Virus record (IMG/VR): IMGVR_UViG_3300010373_000007
Location: 1-64,000 of that record
Origin: a virus
DNA: 64,000 bases
Strand: one strand, 5' to 3'
Shown here: positions 52,159-60,500 of the stretch, piece after piece
Position numbering within the stretch: the first letter of the stretch is position 1
How the letters are laid out: each line of letters begins with the position of its first letter
Notes under the pieces: model-generated
Told to the model about the DNA's origin: nothing
The model's input: the letters and a program-made list of their open reading frames with translations, nothing else
Databases searched by the model: none
Program-made: the position numbers and the translations under genes

Positions 52159-52724
52159 CAGCGCACCGCCCCGGTCGTCACGCCGTCAGTCTTGGGGGCC
52201 ACCTCGGGCAGCTCCGCGGGCGTCTCGGTGGTCGCCGTGGCCGTCCGGTCGTCGTCCCCCGAGTCGACGATCTGGGCGTGGCCGAAGTCGGTCGTGGCGT
52301 GAACGGGAGCTGTCCATGTCGACGGCCCGGCGGCCAGCGTCCCGACCGTCTCGACCTGCGGCGCCGCCGCGCGCGCCGCGCACCCGGCGCCCAAGAAGGC
52401 CGCCAGGGCGAGTGTCATCACCGCCCCGAGGACCGCGCGCGCCCAGCGCGGCAGGTCCGGCGCGCCCGCGCAGCGGTGCCCGAACACCAGCGCCTTCATC
52501 CCCATCGGCTCCAGGCAATTCCCGCAGGCCCGGTAGACGACGTCGGTGGTCTTGAGGTCGTCCTCGTGCTCCTCGGTGGCCAGGAGCACCTCCAGGCACC
52601 AGGACGGCCAGTCGTGGTGGCGGCCGGCGGTACCATTGAGGATCATCTCCGGGACCACCGTGCCGGCCGCCGTTCGGCCCGACCAAAGCAGCCCCACCAA
52701 CCTCGCGCGCGTCGTTTCAGTCAT
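52158..52724 (-). CDS. membrane-anchored hypothetical protein
   Basis: 188 aa. One TM-like segment AVLGAVMTLALAAFLGAGC. Strong SD GAGGAGGAA. AT-rich promoter-like patch (CGATAATATG) 40 nt upstream. Confidence 0.55.
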   Translation of the reverse strand: MTETTRARLVGLLWSGRTAAGTVVPEMILNGTAGRHHDWPSWCLEVLLATEEHEDDLKTTDVVYRACGNCLEPMGMKALVFGHRCAGAPDLPRWARAVLGAVMTLALAAFLGAGCAARAAAPQVETVGTLAAGPSTWTAPVHATTDFGHAQIVDSGDDDRTATATTETPAELPEVAPKTDGVTTGAVR

Positions 52725-52778
52725 CGGTTCCTCCTCGGAAAACCCAGTTCGGCTCCTCGCCGATCTGTTACGTACATA

Positions 52779-52976
52779 TTATCGAACGTTGGCCCGAAGT
52801 CCATCCCCTTCGGCGTCTTTTTTTCGGACCTCGTAACCCCGCGAGTCTCGCGGACTTACGGCAGCCTTTCGGGCGTCTTCGGCCTGGGCATCGGCGATGA
52901 GGCGCTCCAGGCGGGCCCGATCCTCGTCGTCCCGGATGGGTTGCCGGGCCAGCTCCCGGCGCCAGCGGCGGCTCAC
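52779..52976 (-). CDS. small hypothetical protein
   Basis: GTG 52976 (GTGA overlap with the ASCH-like stop). 65 aa (VSRRWRRELARQPIRDDEDRARLERLIADAQ..). Confidence 0.35.
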   Translation of the reverse strand: MSRRWRRELARQPIRDDEDRARLERLIADAQAEDARKAAVSPRDSRGYEVRKKDAEGDGLRANVR

Positions 52977-53713
52977 TTGACGACCTCGAACGAGAGCGCC
53001 CAGACCATCGGGTTGTCCCGGAACGACTGCTCCCCGTTGAGGACCTTCCAGAGCGCGAAGAAGGCGCCGCGCGCGGTCGGCTCGGCAACGCCATCGCGGT
53101 CGCTCCGCCAGCCATCGTCGCCCGGGATCATCCCCTCGGCGCGCGCGTCCTCCTCGCTGATCTCGGTGAGGCGCTGGGCGCGGACCTCGGTGATCTTGAG
53201 CGTCAGGCGCGACGCCCAGCGCGGAAGGAAGATGCCGGGGCGCCACTTTCGATCGGCCGCCTTCTGGTCGATGGCGAAGTTGCTCGGCTCGCTCAACGTC
53301 GACCAGGTATCGCTCAGCCGGCCCGCCCACTCGGATGGGATCGTCTCACACAGCCGTCGCGAATCATCGGCTCGGTACCGAATGAACGGATAACCGTCCT
53401 CGGTCCAATCGGCGTACTGCCAGGCTTCGCGGACCCAAAGGTGGTCGCCGATACGAATCCTCGACCAAGCCACTAGTCCGCGCGGCCACGGCATGATCCG
53501 CGTTCCCTTCCAGGCCCACCCGATCTGCTTCTCGTCCCCTGCTTCTTCCGGTAACAATCCAGCGCCAGCGCACGCCTTGAGCGTATCGAACGCAGTCTGG
53601 TCCATGATCGACTGCTCGGGCTGGGGATTCAGCAGCCGCCGCGTCTGGGTCTTTCGGCCCGTGAGGATGGCTCGGATCATTGGAGGCGAAAACAGGATCG
53701 GCCGCTCGGTCAT
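52973..53713 (-). CDS. ASCH-like phage protein
   Basis: Start at M13 (ATGA overlap). MTERPILFSPPMIRAILTGRKTQTRR .. GDHLWVREAW .. WRPGIFLPRWASRLTLKITEVRAQRLTEISEEDARAEG is a recurrent phage ASCH-type pattern. Confidence 0.65.
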   Translation of the reverse strand: MTERPILFSPPMIRAILTGRKTQTRRLLNPQPEQSIMDQTAFDTLKACAGAGLLPEEAGDEKQIGWAWKGTRIMPWPRGLVAWSRIRIGDHLWVREAWQYADWTEDGYPFIRYRADDSRRLCETIPSEWAGRLSDTWSTLSEPSNFAIDQKAADRKWRPGIFLPRWASRLTLKITEVRAQRLTEISEEDARAEGMIPGDDGWRSDRDGVAEPTARGAFFALWKVLNGEQSFRDNPMVWALSFEVVK

Positions 53714-54588
53714 CGTGGGAATTCCCTGATGCGGATGTCCTCCGGCCACTCGGCCATGTCGCCGCCGTGATTTGGATCCTTCTCCAGCCGGAGGCGGTTC
53801 AAGCCCTCGGCGTGCCTCGCGTTGACCCCGAGTTGCTTCCAGAACGGGTGCACGCCGTCCCGGCGCATCGCGCGCGTCAAGGCGCGGCCCCAGTCCAGAA
53901 CGAACGGGCGCGCGCCCGCCCCGCTCTCACCGCCGATGATTCCCCAGTGGATATCGCGGAGATCGACCGACTCATGGATCGGTCCGATCAGCGGCTCGAA
54001 CGACGCGAACCGAACAATCGCCGGGATCTGCCGCAGGATCGGGATCCGAGATGTCGCTGCCTCGTCTTCGACCGTCGTCCCGATCCAGACGTTCGGCCAC
54101 GGGTCGCAGCCGCGCCCACCATCCGCGATGTCGCAGAAGTCCTCGCCGCAGCAAACCCCGTCGCGCATCGACGCCTTGCAGGTGACGTTCCCGCATCCTT
54201 CGGGCGTCCACGGGAGCATCCGCGCGACGTTCTCCGGCCGCTTGGTGAGCAGCATCCAGTCGAGGTTCGGCGTCGCCAGGATGAGGCGCCAGAGGCGCTC
54301 GCGCTCGACCAGGAGGTCGACGCGGTCCTCGAACACGTCCGCCATCGACGCGCAGAACACACGCTGGCGTCGACCCTCGCCGCCGGCCTTGGCGTTCCAC
54401 TTGAGCGGCTCCCGCCAGTGGTTCTCGCCGAAGAACCGGCGCGGCGCGCGCGGCCCCCAGTCGGCGCGCCCTAGGCGCTTGTCGAACGCCTCCGCGTAGC
54501 AGTGTTCGCAGCCCTTCGACACGCGCTGGCAGCCCCACCACGGGTTGAACGTCGAATCGGCCCAAGCGATCTTGGTCTCGGCTCCCAT
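53710..54588 (-). CDS. phage Gp37/Gp68 family (DUF5131) protein
   Basis: TKIAWADSTFNPWWGCQRVSKGCEHCYAE at the N-terminus and GGESGAGARP near the C-terminus. Extra Cys-rich insert GCGNVTCKASMRDGVCCGEDFC. TAATCT box 6 nt upstream of the ATG. Confidence 0.8.
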   Translation of the reverse strand: MGAETKIAWADSTFNPWWGCQRVSKGCEHCYAEAFDKRLGRADWGPRAPRRFFGENHWREPLKWNAKAGGEGRRQRVFCASMADVFEDRVDLLVERERLWRLILATPNLDWMLLTKRPENVARMLPWTPEGCGNVTCKASMRDGVCCGEDFCDIADGGRGCDPWPNVWIGTTVEDEAATSRIPILRQIPAIVRFASFEPLIGPIHESVDLRDIHWGIIGGESGAGARPFVLDWGRALTRAMRRDGVHPFWKQLGVNARHAEGLNRLRLEKDPNHGGDMAEWPEDIRIREFPR

Positions 54589-54617
54589 CCCGGGAGATTA
54601 CGCCGGGCCGGCGACGG

Positions 54618-54935
54618 TCAGCGCTGGCAGCCGGGCGTGCCGGGATCGGCGCAGCGCACCCCCGGGCAGTCGGCGGCCGCCACCAGGCGCGCGGCGTACG
54701 CCTGCCCGATGCGGTGGCAGTCGGCGGTCAGGTCGGCCTGGATGACGGCGGGGCAGACGGCGTGCGCGTGCGCGGCGGCGGCCTCGCAGGTCACGGAGGC
54801 CGGCGGGGGCGGGGAGGCGTCGGCGTCCGGGGACGGGTTCACGGGGGGCTTTGGCGCGGGGCAGGCGAGCGACAGGAACGCGCAGGCGGCGCCCCCGAGG
54901 GCCCATAGGAGGACGCGCTGTCGGAAGCCGCGCAT
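54618..54935 (-). CDS. Cys-rich lipoprotein
   Basis: Start at internal ATG 54935 (TGATG overlap). MRGFRQRVLLWALGGAACAFLSLAC lipobox. 105 aa. Confidence 0.55.
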   Translation of the reverse strand: MRGFRQRVLLWALGGAACAFLSLACPAPKPPVNPSPDADASPPPPASVTCEAAAAHAHAVCPAVIQADLTADCHRIGQAYAARLVAAADCPGVRCADPGTPGCQR

Positions 54936-55708
54936 CAGGCCACCGCCGCCAGGAACCCATCGTAGGCCGGCACGAGGTCGCCCGCGGGGGTTTTGCCCTT
55001 CGGCGCCCAGATGCCGTTCGCCAGGAGCGCCCACGCCTCGTCGTTGTAGGCCGCCATGAAGTCGTTCGTCAGGCGCACCCGGACGCCCCAGGTGACGACG
55101 AGGAAGCCGTCGGCGTCGTACGCCTCGATCACGACGCAGTGGCCGCCCAGGCTGCCGGGCTCGGCATCGGCACCAGCGGTGGGGTCGTAGGACCACGTCG
55201 CACCGTCGCCCTCGCCCTGCGCCTCAATGGTGCGCGGGAGCGACAGGCCGATGTAGCAGCCGCCGAAGGTGTTCACGATCTGGCGGATCTCGCCGAGGTT
55301 CTGGGCCTGCGCCGAGGCGAAGCCATCGATCTTGAACCCGCCGCAGCCGATCCCCTTGAGGTAGGTCAGGACCTCGGCCTCGACGCCCCCCTGGTCGGTC
55401 GAAGGATCCGCCGGGTTGTAGCCGGTCGACCCCTCGTAGAGCTTGAGGATGTCGTCGTCCGAGATCGTGACCTCGGATCCGTTCGCGGAGGTCGCCGCCT
55501 GGACCCAGTGCCCGAACCCGGCCGCCGTGCAGTCGCCGAGGCGGTCGTTCCCCATCACGCCGGCGGGGAAGGCCATCCCGGTCGTCCAGTCGCGCGCGTC
55601 CGGCGCCGGTGGGAGCGACGCCACGAGCTGGCGCGCCGCCATCCGGTGGGCCAGCGAGACCGGCCGCGGGGCAGCTTTCCCGAGGCGATGTCCGCCAGCG
55701 GTGGTCAT
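54935..55708 (-). CDS. papain-like (C1-like) cysteine peptidase
   Basis: Start at M17 (ATGA overlap). GNDRLGDCTAAGFGH (Cys) .. GGHCVVIEAYD (His) .. YNDEAW. Confidence 0.7.
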   Translation of the reverse strand: MTTAGGHRLGKAAPRPVSLAHRMAARQLVASLPPAPDARDWTTGMAFPAGVMGNDRLGDCTAAGFGHWVQAATSANGSEVTISDDDILKLYEGSTGYNPADPSTDQGGVEAEVLTYLKGIGCGGFKIDGFASAQAQNLGEIRQIVNTFGGCYIGLSLPRTIEAQGEGDGATWSYDPTAGADAEPGSLGGHCVVIEAYDADGFLVVTWGVRVRLTNDFMAAYNDEAWALLANGIWAPKGKTPAGDLVPAYDGFLAAVA

Positions 55709-56322
55709 CGCGCCGCCCAAGTCAGGCGCCCGCCGACGATCCGCCCGCACAGACAATCCGCGCCGGGGGAGCCGATGGCGTCAGGGCCGCCGCAGGACGC
55801 CTCGCAGCGCGCCTGCGCCGCCGCGACGGTCTCACCCGCGTAGGCGAAGTCGACCCCGGCCGGCACCCGTGGGGCTCCTCCGGCCGGGGTACCCGGTTGG
55901 CCCGGCTCGCCCTCGGCGTTTTTTTGGAAGTCTTTCTCCAGCGACGGCGGGCAGATCAGCGACTGGTGGATCTGCCGAACCACCCCGACCGCGTGCGCCC
56001 GACCGCGGAGCTGTGCGGAGGCCGACGGGTTGCCCTCGATCTTGGCGATGATGCAGTCGATCGTCGCCTTGCCATCGGGCCCCAGCACCGCCTCCAGGTT
56101 CCGCAGCTCGTCGAGCGCGCAGACGGGGGCGGCGGCGGGGTCGAAGTTCGGGTCGCACTGGAGGGCGATGATGACCATGTCCCCCAGCTCGGTCGCCGTT
56201 CCCGTCCAGGTGATCTTCCCGATCTCGGGCTTCACGCAATCGGCGTAGATGCTTCCACAGCCTGGAATCGCCATGAAGGCGGAGAGGAGGGCGAGCAGGG
56301 CGGGCATCGTGAGGCGCTTCAT
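55705..56322 (-). CDS. Cys-rich lipoprotein
   Basis: Start at internal ATG 56322 (ATGA overlap). MKRLTMPALLALLSAFMAIPGC lipobox. 205 aa. Confidence 0.6.
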   Translation of the reverse strand: MKRLTMPALLALLSAFMAIPGCGSIYADCVKPEIGKITWTGTATELGDMVIIALQCDPNFDPAAAPVCALDELRNLEAVLGPDGKATIDCIIAKIEGNPSASAQLRGRAHAVGVVRQIHQSLICPPSLEKDFQKNAEGEPGQPGTPAGGAPRVPAGVDFAYAGETVAAAQARCEASCGGPDAIGSPGADCLCGRIVGGRLTWAAR

Positions 56323-56540
56323 TTGGTCACTCCGGCGTCGGGTTTCTTGGTCATCGTGCTCGGGTTGTCGCCCCAGTCGTTCGGCGGTGCCGGGCAGCCG
56401 GGCGTGCGCGGGTCCATGCAGGGGCACGGCTTGAGCACCGGGTCGCCCTGGCAAGACGGGTCGGCGGGCTGGTCGAACAGGTGACATCCGCCGGCCAGGA
56501 GCGCCAGCATCCCGATCGCGAGTCCCGTCTTGACCCTCAC
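56319..56540 (-). CDS. small Cys/Pro-rich lipoprotein
   Basis: GTG 56540. VRVKTGLAIGMLALLAGGC lipobox. 73 aa. Confidence 0.5.
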   Translation of the reverse strand: MRVKTGLAIGMLALLAGGCHLFDQPADPSCQGDPVLKPCPCMDPRTPGCPAPPNDWGDNPSTMTKKPDAGVTK

Positions 56541-56572
56541 GCCGACGATGCTGCGCCGGCCGCGCGCGCCCG

Positions 56573-56965
56573 TCAAGCGTCGGTCTCGGGCCGGTCCTCG
56601 ACGTCGGCCTGGTAGTCCTTCTTCTCCAGGGTCCGCTCGCCAAGTTTCTCGTCCGTCTCGGCGTCGTGGATCGCCGCGATGCCGTGTCCGAAGTCCTTCA
56701 ATTCGTAAACCTGGCACTCCTGCTCGGTCGTCCCCTCGCGAATGTCCTGCTTCAACTTCCGCTTGTCAGCGCGCAGGGCGGTAATCTTCTCCTTGGCGGG
56801 CTTGAGCGTCTCGGTCAGGGCGTCGATCTGAAGCTCCGCCTCGGCGAGGCGCATCTTCCGCGCCGCGGTCTCGTCGGCGTCGATCGGGACGCGAACAAGC
56901 TTCGGGAAAATTCCGGTGCGGACGACTTCACTGGACTTCGCAGTCTCTGGCATGCTTGCCTCCAT
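56573..56965 (-). CDS. hypothetical coiled-coil protein
   Basis: 130 aa. GGCGTAATCT box with 6 nt to ATG 56965. Alternative ATG at 56953. Confidence 0.55.
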   Translation of the reverse strand: MEASMPETAKSSEVVRTGIFPKLVRVPIDADETAARKMRLAEAELQIDALTETLKPAKEKITALRADKRKLKQDIREGTTEQECQVYELKDFGHGIAAIHDAETDEKLGERTLEKKDYQADVEDRPETDA

Positions 56966-56981
56966 CGGCAGAGATTACGCC

Positions 56982-57263
56982 CTATCCGGCACGGAGGGCG
57001 GCGTCCCGCACCCGGCGGATGATGGGGAGGCGTTCCTTGAACGACAGGCCGGCGCGCACCAGCTCCCGCTCCAGGGCGGCGCAGACGCGCTCGACCCCTT
57101 CGCCGTAGCCGGATTCGCGACCCGCCATGTGGTCCAGAGAGCGGTGCGGAGTCGTCTCGGCGAGCGGTTCCGGGCGAGCATCGATGACGGTCGGCATCCG
57201 CTGGAACCACTCGGGCACCGGATTGTCGTCATCGTCTCCCTGGTCCACGCCGAGACGATACAT
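56982..57263 (-). CDS. hypothetical protein (start uncertain)
   Basis: 93-aa track ORF that overlaps the upstream gene by 35 nt. In-frame GTG 57218 or ATG 57197 are alternatives. Confidence 0.45.
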   Translation of the reverse strand: MYRLGVDQGDDDDNPVPEWFQRMPTVIDARPEPLAETTPHRSLDHMAGRESGYGEGVERVCAALERELVRAGLSFKERLPIIRRVRDAALRAG

Positions 57264-57744
57264 CGCGTGCCTTCCGTTCGGCGTCCAAGCTCACGGTCTC
57301 CCGTTGGTCGGCGATCAGCTCGTCGAACTCGGGTCGGTGCTGCTCCACGAGCTTCGCGATCGCAAAGAGCTGGCGCGCGAGGTCCCTCGTCCGCTCCGCC
57401 CGCTTACCGCCGCCGTAGCCGTCGCCGACGGAATGGATCCGGTGGCCCCAGGCCCCGCCGCCCGATGAGATCTCGCGCTCCATCGCTGAGATCGGGTTCT
57501 CCTCCCAGGTGTTCGGGTAGCGCTTCAGCGTGTCGTAGCAGGTCAGGCACGTCGTCATCGCGGTCCGACGCTCGCCGAGCTTCTTCAGGCGGGCGTTGAA
57601 CTCGTCGCGCGTCAGTGCCGACAGGCGGAGGTTGTCGAGCGGGAGGCCGCATTGGGTCAGGTCAGCCGTATTCCAAGGAAGGGAGATCCGCTTGATGTGC
57701 TGGATCGTCACGTCGTCTTCGTCCGCCGCTTCTTGGTCGCTCAT
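57229..57744 (-). CDS. hypothetical protein
   Basis: 171-aa ORF (MSDQEAADEDDVTIQHIKRISLPWN..). Confidence 0.5.
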   Translation of the reverse strand: MSDQEAADEDDVTIQHIKRISLPWNTADLTQCGLPLDNLRLSALTRDEFNARLKKLGERRTAMTTCLTCYDTLKRYPNTWEENPISAMEREISSGGGAWGHRIHSVGDGYGGGKRAERTRDLARQLFAIAKLVEQHRPEFDELIADQRETVSLDAERKARDVSSRRGPGRR

Positions 57745-58319
57745 ATCGTTCCCCCTGCGGCCCGCACGTCCCAGTGCGCCCGCCCGTCATCGGTGAGCCC
57801 GTCCCAGTAGTAGCTCGCGAACCGGACCAGCTTGGCGCGCAGCTCGCGCTGGCCGTCGCGCCCGAGAGCGACGTACCAGGGGGCCTTCCCGCCCTCCTTG
57901 CCGTCGATCGCCTTGTGGTGCTTCCGGCAGAGCGGCGCCGTCTTGTCGTCCGGCGCGCGCCGCCAGCCGCCGGTCCCGGTTGCGCCGCGATCCCCGATGT
58001 GGGCGACCTCGATCCCGGACCAGTACGTCCCGCGACCGCAGGCCGTCGCAGCTTCGACCAGATGCGGCTCGATGTTCCCCGTCAGCGCAATATCCCGCAG
58101 GATGCACCAGAGGCTCGCGTAGAACGCCATCCGGCCGCGCTCCCTGGGCCGTCGCGCGTGCCTTGTCCCATCGGGGGCGACCGGCGGCGGGAGGGCGAGG
58201 GCGGCCTTGGCGGCGCGGCGGGAGGCCCTGGCGGCGATCTCGGCGCGGGGACGGCGGCGCGCGCGCAAGGGGCTCGGTTTCTTCTCCCGCTTGACCGGCT
58301 TCGGCTGGGGGCGGATCAA
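57741..58319 (-). CDS. HNH/NinG-like nuclease (tentative)
   Basis: Basic N-terminus MIRPQPKPVKREKKPSPLRARRR. EVAHIGDRG..PLCRKHHKAIDG is His-Me-finger-like. Confidence 0.45.
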   Translation of the reverse strand: MIRPQPKPVKREKKPSPLRARRRPRAEIAARASRRAAKAALALPPPVAPDGTRHARRPRERGRMAFYASLWCILRDIALTGNIEPHLVEAATACGRGTYWSGIEVAHIGDRGATGTGGWRRAPDDKTAPLCRKHHKAIDGKEGGKAPWYVALGRDGQRELRAKLVRFASYYWDGLTDDGRAHWDVRAAGGTI

Positions 58320-58746
58320 GTGTCCTCCTCCGGGGCGGCCCAGGCGACCTGCGCATCCACGACCTCTTTTGCGCGCAGCCTAGCGGACGGAAACGTCCAG
58401 CCGCGCTTCGATAGGTAATTGACGACGGCAGCTCGGACGACGTCCTTGTGCTCACCCCGATCCAGCATGGCGCCCGCCAGGGTGCGCGTCGACTTCCGCT
58501 CCCGGTCGTCGAGCTTTCGGAGGCCCACCAGGACACCGCCGCCGGCCAGTGGATCGCGCAGCGCGGACCTACGTTGCTCTGCTTCGCGGGCTGGTCGCAG
58601 AAGGCCCTGAGCGTGCCGCAGGTCAGCTTGGGCGGCGCCACCCGGGAAAATCGAAACTCGCCCGTGAATTCCCGGGAGCCGCGCTCGGCGTACCAGCGCT
58701 CCAGCCCGGGGCCGACCGACGCCTTGTCGTCGTCGAAGCGGCTCAC
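58316..58746 (-). CDS. hypothetical protein with an apparent -1 frame break near 58530..58570
   Basis: The frame starting at GTG 58746 (TAGTG overlap with the primase stop) is protein-like for about 60 aa (SRFDDDKASVGPGLERWYAERGSREFTGEFRF..), then degenerates and has no stop until 57787. The -1 frame is protein-like from about 58560 to the stop at 58316 (GLRKLDDRERKSTRTLAGAMLDRGEHKDVV..). Confidence 0.35.
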
Positions 58747-60500
58747 TAGCTCATCTCCGCCTGGCCCGCGCCGCTCTGGTCCGCCCAGAATGGGGTCTGG
58801 GTCCCGTCGAGAAGCTTGAACACCTTCCCCTCCTTGCCGGCGTCTACGATCCTACCGAGCGTGTAGTCCGAGTCGTAGCAGTTCTTTCGCACGTCGAACT
58901 TCGTGAGCGCGACGAAGCGCGTGACGCTCATGTCGGTTCGGTTCTTGGCGGCCGCCATGTAGGTCCCCCACTTGAAGCTGTCTGGGCTGGAGACACCGAA
59001 CGCGGGCGCTATCACAACCGCCTTCGTCGCCACGTTCCCGATGTCCTTCGCGCCCGAGAAGTCCTCCAGGTTCGGGATGATCGACTCCTTTGCGCGGTCG
59101 CTCTTTCGGAGGTGCGCCACCACGATCACGGGGACGCGCGCGCCGAGCGCGCAGGCGGCGAGCTTCTTCGCGAGCTTGCTCGCCGCTCGGATCTCGTTGT
59201 CGCGCTCGTCCTCGCCCCCGACGTAGTGGAAGTGGTCGAGCACCACTAGGTCGGCCTCGTCCTGGATCGCCTCGAACTGCACCTGGAAGTCGTTCGAGGT
59301 GAACGAATCCTCCCGGTAGAACGTGCGGAGGTTCTCCAGCGCGGTCTCCATCTCCTGGTCGGCCTCGTCCTCGAACTGCCCCAGCACGCCGTCGAGGTCA
59401 CCGCTCACCCAGTCCTGATATCGGATCGGCTTCGTCCCGATGCGCCGGTAGTACATGTTCGCGATCGCCTGGTACTTCATGCGGCGCTCGATCTCGCGGT
59501 CCTCCGCCTCCAGCGCGAAGTAGAAAACCCGCTTGCCGCGCCGGCAGTTCGCCATCGACGTAATCGCCGCGAGTTGCGTCTTCCCCGTCCCCGACTTGGC
59601 CCCGTAGAGCACCACGTCTGTGCGGGTGATGCCGCCCAGGGCCTGGTCGAGGAACGGGACCCCGAACGTCATCCGATCCTTGCCCGCCGCTAGGCGCGCG
59701 GCGCGCTCGCCAGAGAGGCGCGATGTCGCCGGCTTGAACGTCTGCGGGATCTTCCCCGGCGCCGCCGCCACCAGCCGCTCAAGCTCGACGCGCGTCCCGC
59801 CCTTCGCGATCCAGTCGGAGACGTCCCCCTTCGCCGGCAGGCCCGGCAGTTCCACGACCTTCACCCAGGCGGCGATCCCGCCGAGCGCCTTCGCGACGAT
59901 CGCGGCGTGGGCGGCGCCCGGTTGGTCGTTGTCCGGGAGGATCGCAACACCGCGCCCGCGCAGCGCCGCCGAGTAGTCGTCCCGCCACTTCCCCGCGCCT
60001 CCGACGTTCGTGGTCGCCAGGAGCCCGAGCCGCTCTAGGTTGTCGGCGTCCTTCTCGCCCTCGACGACGAACGCGATCCGGTCCTTCGGCGCCTTCGAGA
60101 TCTCGGGGAGGTGGTACAGGACGCGGCGCGCGCCGTCCATGGTCCACTTCCAGCCGCCCCGCCCGTCCGGCTGCCGCTGCCGGAAGGTCTTCGGGACCAT
60201 CCTCACGACCTCGTAGAGCAGCGCCCCCTTCTCGTCCTGGTAGGCGTAGCGCGCCGCCACGTCGTTCCCAGCCGAGTCGCGATCGGGGAATAGGTCCGAC
60301 ATCGCCATCTCAAGGTCCTCGACGATGCTCTCCGTCTCGCATCCGGCATGGCAGTTCAGGAGCACCCGGCCGTCGTCCCCCTCCTTCACGCTCAGGCTCG
60401 CCTGGCGGTCGTCGTGGCTCGGGCACTTCGCCATCCAGGCCCGGGGCCCGACGCCCTTGACCCCTTCGAGGCGCGACACGAACTGGTCGGCTGGTTTCAT
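58746..60500 (-). CDS. bifunctional primase (Zn-finger + TOPRIM) / DnaB-like helicase
   Basis: CPSHDDRQASL..NCHAGC zinc motif. TOPRIM motifs VVEGEKDADNL and ILPDNDQPG. Walker A GAKSGTGKT, Walker B LVVLDHFHYV, VIVVAHLRK. Confidence 0.9.
   Translation of the reverse strand: MKPADQFVSRLEGVKGVGPRAWMAKCPSHDDRQASLSVKEGDDGRVLLNCHAGCETESIVEDLEMAMSDLFPDRDSAGNDVAARYAYQDEKGALLYEVVRMVPKTFRQRQPDGRGGWKWTMDGARRVLYHLPEISKAPKDRIAFVVEGEKDADNLERLGLLATTNVGGAGKWRDDYSAALRGRGVAILPDNDQPGAAHAAIVAKALGGIAAWVKVVELPGLPAKGDVSDWIAKGGTRVELERLVAAAPGKIPQTFKPATSRLSGERAARLAAGKDRMTFGVPFLDQALGGITRTDVVLYGAKSGTGKTQLAAITSMANCRRGKRVFYFALEAEDREIERRMKYQAIANMYYRRIGTKPIRYQDWVSGDLDGVLGQFEDEADQEMETALENLRTFYREDSFTSNDFQVQFEAIQDEADLVVLDHFHYVGGEDERDNEIRAASKLAKKLAACALGARVPVIVVAHLRKSDRAKESIIPNLEDFSGAKDIGNVATKAVVIAPAFGVSSPDSFKWGTYMAAAKNRTDMSVTRFVALTKFDVRKNCYDSDYTLGRIVDAGKEGKVFKLLDGTQTPFWADQSGAGQAEMS

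Noticed and set aside
52818-52824. Second A_AAA_AAA heptamer (CGA AAA AAA GAC) in the small ORF 52779..52976, as a possible second programmed frameshift site.
   Set aside because: It lies in a low-confidence 65-codon ORF near its 3' end. I saw no protein-like -1 extension, and there is no conserved precedent for this context. It is most likely coincidental, or part of the AT-rich promoter-like patch upstream of 52724.
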